Of a stretch of DNA of 64,000 bases, positions 56,861 through 64,000 are shown piece by piece. The stretch comes from Candidatus Aldehydirespiratoraceae bacterium (GTDB lineage Bacteria; Actinomycetota; Acidimicrobiia; Acidimicrobiales; Aldehydirespiratoraceae): positions 2,623,602 to 2,687,601 of the forward strand of contig CBDHCN010000002.1 of assembly GCA_965261185.1 (NCBI GenBank), written 5' to 3'. The position numbers and the translations under genes are program-made. Every line of letters begins with the position of its first letter. The first letter of the stretch is position 1. A model generated the notes under the pieces. It did no database searches and had not been told where the DNA came from. It was given only the letters and a program-made list of their open reading frames with translations.

Positions 56861-57304
56861 TCAGGCTGGTGCGAATTGCGAGACCGCCAAGAAGACCGAA
56901 CCGCAGACGGAGACGGTTATCACAGCAATTGCCGCAACAAACGCCCAAACATCTCTGCTGCGTTTGTCTGACAACTCCGCGAATCGAGTGTCAACCGCCG
57001 CGAACCGCGTGTCGATTGCCGCGAACCGCGTGTCGATTGCCGCGAACTGTTCCCTGACCTCCGCGAACTGCTCTTTGACCGCCGCGAACTGGACATCCAT
57101 CTTGGCGTTGAGTGCGACGAATCCGGCCTGTGTCTTGACCTCAAGGTCTGCCAGATCACGTTTCGTGGCCAACTGCTCCCATCCTCCAGGTGGTTGCTGT
57201 GCCATAAGGAACTCCGCTCCCTGTTGACCTATCGTGTCGGCAAGACTGCTGCAGATTTCAGCTCGCTGCTGCTCTGTCAGGGCCACTCTGGATCTCCCAT
57301 TCAA
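56861..57304 (-). CDS. CCDC90/DUF1640-like coiled-coil membrane-anchored protein
   Basis: 'LATKRDL', heptad repeats FAAIDTR (21-bp units), C-terminal TM. Confidence 0.7.
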   Translation of the reverse strand: MNGRSRVALTEQQRAEICSSLADTIGQQGAEFLMAQQPPGGWEQLATKRDLADLEVKTQAGFVALNAKMDVQFAAVKEQFAEVREQFAAIDTRFAAIDTRFAAVDTRFAELSDKRSRDVWAFVAAIAVITVSVCGSVFLAVSQFAPA

Positions 57305-57516
57305 TTCGTTATGGTCGAGTCAAGGGGGGAAGTGGCTTACGGACATCACAGTATCATCAAAACTAACCAGAAACAATCGAAACGGACTAACAGGAACCAA
57401 CACACAGATGCAGCAAGCCGACGGTCATCGGCCGGTTGCCCGCCACGGGACTGATACCACGAGCCTTGTCCAACAATTTGGCCAAACCTTCTCGCTGCTT
57501 CGGGCACCGCGAGGAC

Positions 57517-58587
57517 TCAGGTGTCCAATAGAGGGCGTAGAACCGGCGCGATCGGATCCAGGTAAACGGTCTGGTCGGCGTCGAGCAGTCCTCGGTCAAC
57601 CCAGCGATTCATGATCCGTACAACGATCGCGGCGTAACGAGCGGCTGCAAACAGAACCCAGGGGCCGATGTCTGCGACTTCATGGTTGCTCACCGCCGCG
57701 TAGTGCTCCACCTGCTGCTGCAAACTCGGTACACCGGCCGACACATCGACCCCGGCGAGCGCATGGGACCATTGCTCAAACATCAAGCACCAGCCAAGAT
57801 CCATCTCAGGCGGTGCCAGTGCCGCTGCCTCGAAGTCGGTCAAACAGGCGGGTCGGAAGTTCTGCCAGATAATGTTGCCAAGGCGGGCGTCTCCCCAGGT
57901 CAGCACAGTTGGATCAGTTTTCGGGAGTTCATCAGCGACCCGATCAAACGCGGCCATCATCAAGTCGTGAGGCCGCCCATCGAGTTCCCTCTCCGCGTAG
58001 TCGCGCCAAATCTTGAGTTGCCGATGCCCATCGTTGAGATCGGAGTCTGACAGCCAGCTGAGATCGGCCGCTTCGATGTCCACCGCGTGCACGCCGGCCA
58101 TGACATCAAGGCACCTGCGGGCCATGAGTTCGCGCTCGCTTGGCCGGGCGTCAGCGTAGAACCCCGCGGTCACGTAGGCCGGGTCTTCACGGGGTATGTC
58201 GCCCCCGATGAAGTCCATCACGAAGAACGGTGAACCGAGCACTGCGGGGTCGGTTTCGTATCCGAGCAACCAAGCGATGGGGACATCGGCATGCTCGGCT
58301 AACGCCGACATGACTCGCCACTGGATCTCTATCTCGTTGTCGACAGCTACCTGCACCGGATACACGGGCGGCTCGGGCATTTCCCGGCGCAGCACAATCG
58401 TGCGGTTCTCTGTTGATCCAGACGCTGTCACCGCGATCGGCACGATCAGCGTCTCGGCAGAGTATCCGCCGCTCGGTCGATCAAAGGCGCCGACCTCAAC
58501 GCCGTCGGCATCGTCAAGATGCTCGGTCAACCACACCGCGAGCGATTTCGCCATGTCACGGTATTCGTCGTTCGCTGTATCAGTCAC
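57517..58587 (-). CDS. APH-family phosphotransferase
   Basis: 'GGYSAETL', 'LGSPFFVM', 'WGDARLGN', 'DFE', 'DLGW'. Confidence 0.85.
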   Translation of the reverse strand: MTDTANDEYRDMAKSLAVWLTEHLDDADGVEVGAFDRPSGGYSAETLIVPIAVTASGSTENRTIVLRREMPEPPVYPVQVAVDNEIEIQWRVMSALAEHADVPIAWLLGYETDPAVLGSPFFVMDFIGGDIPREDPAYVTAGFYADARPSERELMARRCLDVMAGVHAVDIEAADLSWLSDSDLNDGHRQLKIWRDYAERELDGRPHDLMMAAFDRVADELPKTDPTVLTWGDARLGNIIWQNFRPACLTDFEAAALAPPEMDLGWCLMFEQWSHALAGVDVSAGVPSLQQQVEHYAAVSNHEVADIGPWVLFAAARYAAIVVRIMNRWVDRGLLDADQTVYLDPIAPVLRPLLDT

Positions 58588-59559
58588 AGAGAGATATTTT
58601 TACCTCTGTTTGGTTTGTGTGTGGCTGGCGGGTGGCTGGTTGGGTGTGTGGTGTGCTGGGTTTTCAACCCGTGCCGGGGTTTGTGTTGGCGGATCTGTCT
58701 TGGGGGCCGCAAACTTCATATGCTGGTCGCCGTGCCCGTAAAAGGTGGGTTTAACAGGTGCTATAGGCCTTCGTTGGGTACGGTCACGGGGTTGCGTTGG
58801 AGTTTTGACCGGGTGCGTTGTGTGTGATTTTATCGTATGTTTTGGTTTTTAACATCGAGGGAGGCAACCTGCTGACGGCCCACGTTTCGGAGCTGTTCCT
58901 GGTGGGTTGTATTCTGATTTTCCCACGGTTATTCCCACAGGGCATATTGTGCGTTGAGTTTGTTCAGTTTTGTCTCGTTGTTCGGTTCGATGCAACCCCG
59001 GTTCATCCATGACGTTGGGATTCACGCGCCAGTCCCGGCGGGTCGTGTGCGTGACCGGACTCCGTTTGCGGTTGCGTGTACTTGTTCTGCTAGCGTGGGT
59101 CGTCGTGTTTGCTCGGATGGTATGTGGGGCTTTTGTGAGCGTTGGTTCCCTGGTGAGAGATCGGCGCGGGTTTCGCACGCCACCTGCCGGTCGTCGCCGT
59201 TGAGTGTGTGCAGACACCTGTGCTGCCGTCCGGCTTCGTTTGGGAGCGCCGCTCAGTTTGATATCTGGATTTGTTGGCGAGCATGTGCCGACGCGGGTTG
59301 TTTTCGCCCACGTCTGGGTTCGGGGGTTACGCGCTGCGTGTGACGCCAGCTAGTTTGAGTATGTCGGTGGGACGCCTACGGCCCGCCAGGCTGCGTAGCT
59401 GATTCCGTTCGCTTCGCCGTATGTGCTGGCGTTTGCGACGAATTCGGTTTCGAAAGCTGAAATGTCAATAGCTGACGCCGTCGATCATGGTTCGGCTGAA
59501 CCCGTGTGATTGCGGCCCGTGTCGGGTTGCAGACAACTGCTGGCCGCCCCGGCATCGCC

Positions 59560-59989
59560 TCATAGTCGTTTGATGCTGATTGTCGGATGGTTTGATTGGA
59601 TGGCGTCAAGGATGCACGATCGGTGGAATCGGTCGTGGTCGCGTTCATAGCAGAGCAACGCTATCTGTGTGACGTGCGCCAGGTTCGCGAGGGCGTCACA
59701 GGCATCGGCGGTGTTGGCTTGAAGGTGTTGCCGAGATTTTTGGCGTGCGGTTTTGTGGCCTTGGCGGAACGGCTCACGGTTCTCTTTGGGGTTGCCCAAT
59801 GTTCGATCGTGCCTGTATTCGATCCCTGCGTCGCGCATCGCTTCCGTTAACGCCGTTTTGAAAACCCTCGTTTTCTGGAGTTGGGGTGAACCGCACGTCG
59901 ACGAGGGTTGTCACGTTGTTTGTTGTGAGCAGCTCGATCAGTTCGGTTGGTGTTCGGTGCCCGTACCCGACGGACACGATCACGGTCAC
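59560..59989 (-). pseudogene. frameshifted DUF488 family gene
   Basis: 'SVGYG...LVDVRFTP' in one frame, 'GIEY.H...LGNP...LLCYERD...HRS' in another. Confidence 0.7.
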
Positions 59990-60310
59990 GCCGGACCTCC
60001 GGCAACCTCGTGCCGCCCGGGGTTGTGCGGCACCGGGTTTGGTTGTTCAGGTCCGCGGAATGCGAGCTGGTCGGTTGGCTGCAGTGTTCGGGTCATAGTG
60101 ACTACGGTGCGGTTAGGGCTGTTGGGCGCAACAGGTTTGTCGGGTCGGTGCACAGTTGATCGAAGTCGACCAAGGCCCCCGTTGCACACGTAGTGCCGCG
60201 TTTTGTTGCCGCACAGTAAAAACCTCGGACCGTGTGTGTCTGCATCTATTTGGTCGCTCGGGCCGTGCAGTTTTGCGTTTCGGCGCAGGAAAGGTTGAAT
60301 CGTTACGGGT

Positions 60311-61606
60311 TTGTTTCTGTTGTCTGGGTTCACTATTTCGATAGTCGCGATTTTGTTGATCATGATTCTCAAATCGTTGATCATCATTTGTCCCCCGAAC
60401 CGGGTCGCGGTCATTTCGGGCCGTAGCCGTGTGCTGTCTGATGGCCGTCGGGTCGGGTTTCGCATTCTGAAGGGTGGCCGCACGATTCACATCCCGATCA
60501 TCGAGAAAGTGTCGTGGATGGATCTCAACACGATCCCGTTGGAGGTGTCGGTTACGAATGCGTATTCGCGGGGCACGATCCCGTTGAACGTGCAGGGAAT
60601 CGCCAACGTGAAAGTTTCGTCGAAGGAGGGTGTGTTGAAGAACGCTGCGGAACGGTTTTTGGATGTGCCGAAGGAGAGCATTGGCCAGATTGCTAAGGAG
60701 ACGTTGGAGGCGAACTTGTGTGGTGTGTTGGCAACGTTGTCTCCCGAGGAGGTCAATGAGGATCGTTTGAAGTTCTCGCAGCAGTTGATCGACGAGGCTG
60801 ATGATGACGTCAAAACACTGGGGATTGATCTCGACGTTATGAAAATCCAAAACGCGACCGACGACAACCTTTATCTTGAGTCGCTTGGTCGCCGGTTAAC
60901 CGGAGAGGTCGTCAAGGAAACTCGGGTAGCTGAAGCGAACCGGCGGTCGGAGTCTGAGCAGGCAGAAGCCAAAGCTAAGGAACGGGCCGAGATTGCGCAG
61001 GCGTTGGCTGAACGTAACATTGTTGAGGAACAGAACAACCTGCGTGTTCGTACACCCGAACTTGACGCGATTGCCGTGCGAAAAAGGAGCAGGCTTTGGT
61101 GGCGGGTGACATTGCTCGTGCGACCGCTGAGCAGGAACTTGAGCAGCAGCGCATCGAGTTGGAACGATGTCGGCTCGAAGCTGATGTGGTGACGCCTGCT
61201 CGCGCGAACCTTGAGTCGAAGCAGCTTGAAGCTCAGGCTGAGGCGGCGAAGATCATCGAGGACGGTAAGGCTCAGGTTGATGTGTTTCGTCGGATCACTG
61301 ATCAGTATCAGCTGGGGGTGATGACGGTCAGCGCATTTTGTGTTGAACATGTTGCCTGATCTTGTTGACAAGATCGTGTCGACGGTTAACAACGTTTCGA
61401 TCGACAGGGTCGCAGTGGTCGACGGCGGTAACAGTGGTGGTCAGGGTGGTATTCCTGCGTTGATGGCGCAGTTGCCTGCTGCTGTGGTGAGCCTCTCCGA
61501 GCAGATCGAAGCGGCGACCGGTGTCGACATTTTGTCGAGCATGCGCCCCGACGTCGATGACGGCGGTTCTTCGGTGGTTGAGCTTCCCGCAGCGTCGGTT
61601 TCCTGA
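60311..61606 (+). pseudogene. flotillin/SPFH family gene with two frameshifts
   Basis: SPFH motifs 'ICPPN', 'PIIEKV', 'AAERFL', 'LSPEEVNEDRLKF'; frame changes near A6 at 61081 and T-run near 61336. Confidence 0.75.
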
Positions 61607-62084
61607 CACGGTTTGTTCCGGTAATCCACTACGGGGTTGGGGTTCCTCTGTCGTCTGCTTGGCGACGGAGGGCCTCGCTCGTGTCAGGGCGGTCTGTGTT
61701 CTTCGCTGCTAACTTTGTTGTTGCACGGTTAGCGATGCGATGAAGTCTTTGTCCGCCCCAGCTGATGTTCTATCTGAAGATTTCTACGCCAGGCCATCAT
61801 TGTAGGAATCGAGCGCATCCCGGCACCAGCACAGTGGCCGTTGCTTCCCACATCGGAATGTCGGGTGGTTCAGGTTTGCCCCGTGTCCTTCCTTAGCGAG
61901 GCGCTGTTGGCGAGTTGCATGACACGATACGGATCAGCTGCTGCCTCGAGCCGGGTACTGCCGTGTCACACGCCGCACGTTAAGGACTCGACGGGCCTCG
62001 CAACGCACAGACATTTACATTCCTGAGTATTCGCGCGGCGCGAGCGCTACGGTAAGCACCTATGAATGAATAAAAACCAATAAA

Positions 62085-62996
62085 ATGCTTAACATAACAC
62101 GACGCGCGTACCGTCTTTCGGGGATAGCCGTGGTATCTGTAGTGTTTAGCGTCATCGCCGCGCAACCTGTCGTCGCTACCGGTCCGGGCGGTTCCGACCT
62201 TCTTGACGACGACTTGATTCATGGGACCGTCACAGAAGAAGAAGGTGTCCCGGGAGGCGAGGACAATCCACCGAATGACGACCTACTCCGGGAGTTGGCA
62301 CCCGAAGGTCCCCCGGGCCCGGTCGGCCATGTCGACTTGCCGACCTACGAGGTCGTCAGAACTCCAGGTGAGAGTATCCCGTCGCAGGTTACGGTACTTG
62401 TAGAAGACGAGAACGTCGACTTGGTGACGTTGCGACACGGCGTTGACTCATCGACGGCATCAACTAAAGGTGTCCCTGCACCGACCAAAGGTGTTCCCTC
62501 ACTCATGGCGTTGCTGGTAATCCACAGCAGCGATGCTGCTACTGAGTATCGTTTTGAGAACGCTGTGCCAGATGACCAAACGGCGACTCTGTTGCCCGAT
62601 GGTTCGATCACGCTTACGGACGTTAACGGCGAGGAAGCTGGTTACATTTCGGCGCCTTGGGCCTACGACTCCAGCGGTGCGGAAATTCCTACCAGTTATC
62701 GCATCGAGGGAAGCACGCTTATTCAAACAGTCGAACACGAAGGTGCCGTTTATCCGGTGGTAGCAGACCCGAGCTGGTGGGACACTGTAGCGACCTTTGG
62801 TGGCGCGGTTCTCGCTGGAGTGGGCTATGCGTGCTTGGGTGGTGGTTGTAACCCCGTGGTGGCGCCTGTGGCCGTTTCTGCTGGTGGTGTTTTGGCGCTC
62901 GTGGGCGTCGCAAATTACATATTTGAGGTTTCCGCCGGCCCGAACAATAGTAACGTTAGCAATACTTGCAATATGAGGAACAGATCAGGCTGCTAA
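62085..62996 (+). CDS. secreted protein with conserved 'YPVVADP' junction and hydrophobic, Cys-containing C-terminal tail
   Basis: signal peptide, 'APWAYD..G.EIPTSY.IEG..L.Q.V.H', YPVVADP at 62751-62771, 74-aa tail. Confidence 0.75.
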   Translation: MLNITRRAYRLSGIAVVSVVFSVIAAQPVVATGPGGSDLLDDDLIHGTVTEEEGVPGGEDNPPNDDLLRELAPEGPPGPVGHVDLPTYEVVRTPGESIPSQVTVLVEDENVDLVTLRHGVDSSTASTKGVPAPTKGVPSLMALLVIHSSDAATEYRFENAVPDDQTATLLPDGSITLTDVNGEEAGYISAPWAYDSSGAEIPTSYRIEGSTLIQTVEHEGAVYPVVADPSWWDTVATFGGAVLAGVGYACLGGGCNPVVAPVAVSAGGVLALVGVANYIFEVSAGPNNSNVSNTCNMRNRSGC

Positions 62997-62998
62997 CA

Positions 62999-63745
62999 AT
63001 GACCAAACCAGCGGGCCAACGCCCTAACTCACGTGTCAAAAACGACACTAACAAGCTCACAGAGCAGACTTTGGCGGGCTGCGGCTCGGACCCTTCCCTG
63101 GAGGGGACCGCACCGCCGAAAAAGGCCGAGAGTGCAGTGCCTGCATTCTTGAGGCACTGGCAGCGTTCGCTGTCTAGTCTACGTTCCTCGTCGAGTTGGA
63201 ACAGAACTCGGTGGCCCGATGGCCGGTTGGTGCATCCCGGGGCTGACAGACTCTACTCAATTGTGGGACCCGTCACTCTACTGTTGGCAGTCGTGGAGTT
63301 CTGGCTGGTTGGGCGAATAGAACTCGCTGACGTGCGGATCGATGCGGGCACGGAGATGGCGATGCTCGCTTTCTTGGCCGCCGCGGCTGCTACATGTGAA
63401 GCCGTGTCCGCTAGACGAATCCGGGCGTTGGCCGACGATGCGACGGGCGGCACCCGAGTTGCTGTCCGTCGCATCGCCGCTCACATATGTCGTGCGCCTC
63501 GGTGGCCTGATGGCCGCCTGATCAGTCGCGGTGAGGATAAGGTTGCCTTGGCGACGCACATGGCAGCGGTGCTCTTGGCGCTCGTGTTCTCGTTGGTGTG
63601 CGGGTGGGTGGGTGTCCCCAACATCGACGTTGGCGCCGATCTGTTTTTCCTTCCGGAACTATTGGTCTGTGCCATATGTCTGGCTCTGTACTGGATGAGT
63701 CGCCGCCTGATTGTAATAGCGAGCAACGCTGAGGCGGTCAACTAG
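62999..63745 (+). CDS. membrane protein with internal duplication (candidate immunity protein)
   Basis: starts 2 nt after upstream stop; two modules each starting RWPDGRL followed by two TM segments. Confidence 0.55.
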   Translation: MTKPAGQRPNSRVKNDTNKLTEQTLAGCGSDPSLEGTAPPKKAESAVPAFLRHWQRSLSSLRSSSSWNRTRWPDGRLVHPGADRLYSIVGPVTLLLAVVEFWLVGRIELADVRIDAGTEMAMLAFLAAAAATCEAVSARRIRALADDATGGTRVAVRRIAAHICRAPRWPDGRLISRGEDKVALATHMAAVLLALVFSLVCGWVGVPNIDVGADLFFLPELLVCAICLALYWMSRRLIVIASNAEAVN

Positions 63746-64000
63746 ACAGGCAGTGTTCAGGACCTCCCGTTGTCTGCCGATTGAACGTCACGACATCAAC
63801 AGCTTGGGTTCGGAGCTGATTCCGTTCCTTTCGCCGCATGTGCTGTCACGGGTTGGTTCGCAACCGACTGGTCGGTCTCTTTGAGCCGTTGTCGGAGGGT
63901 TGTTGGCAGGCTCGGGGGTGCCTGTTCGGGTTCGGTTGGAGCGTCGTCAGCCGAAGTTGGAGTCGAACACGGCGTTGTTACAACGGTTTTTGCTGTTTGT

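Noticed and set aside
63746-64000. Partial gene at the window end
   Set aside because: No recognisable reading frame or motif in the available sequence

Overview
High-GC, gene-dense chromosomal window whose gene content (SLH/RCC1-repeat proteins, DUF222-HNH, MFS-ABC fusion, many apparently leaderless starts) suggests an actinobacterium, probably Acidimicrobiia and possibly host/sponge-associated (inference). Left part: MFS, PQQ sugar dehydrogenase, RecB-like nuclease, tRNA-Leu(TAA), ATP-grasp/alpha-E/transglutaminase operon, cysH, mcrBC-like system, AbrB-PIN TA pair, SDR, SLH-RCC1 protein, a hydrolase-murF-ddl cluster and an adenylate cyclase. Middle: a glycoside-utilisation locus (two GH3, TetR, fused ABC/MFS transporters, and an SCP2-GH10 fusion). 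36-50 kb is a plasticity zone with nested duplications, tandem repeats, two paralogous membrane sulfatase-like genes, an Abi/HEPN gene and a duplicated, promoter-bearing hairpin that looks like a small RNA. Right part: YLDP micro-protein plus NoeA-like kinase/methyltransferase, DsbA-like, DyP, cupin, phosphotransferases, decayed DUF488/flotillin genes and a secreted YPVVADP protein with a candidate immunity gene. Most notable: both defence effector genes (mcrB-like and abi) are interrupted by a single in-frame TAG; the abi-associated candidate ncRNA; the SCP2-GH10 fusion; the YLDP/NoeA/NoeB-like module. All family calls come from motif recognition by eye, with no database searches.
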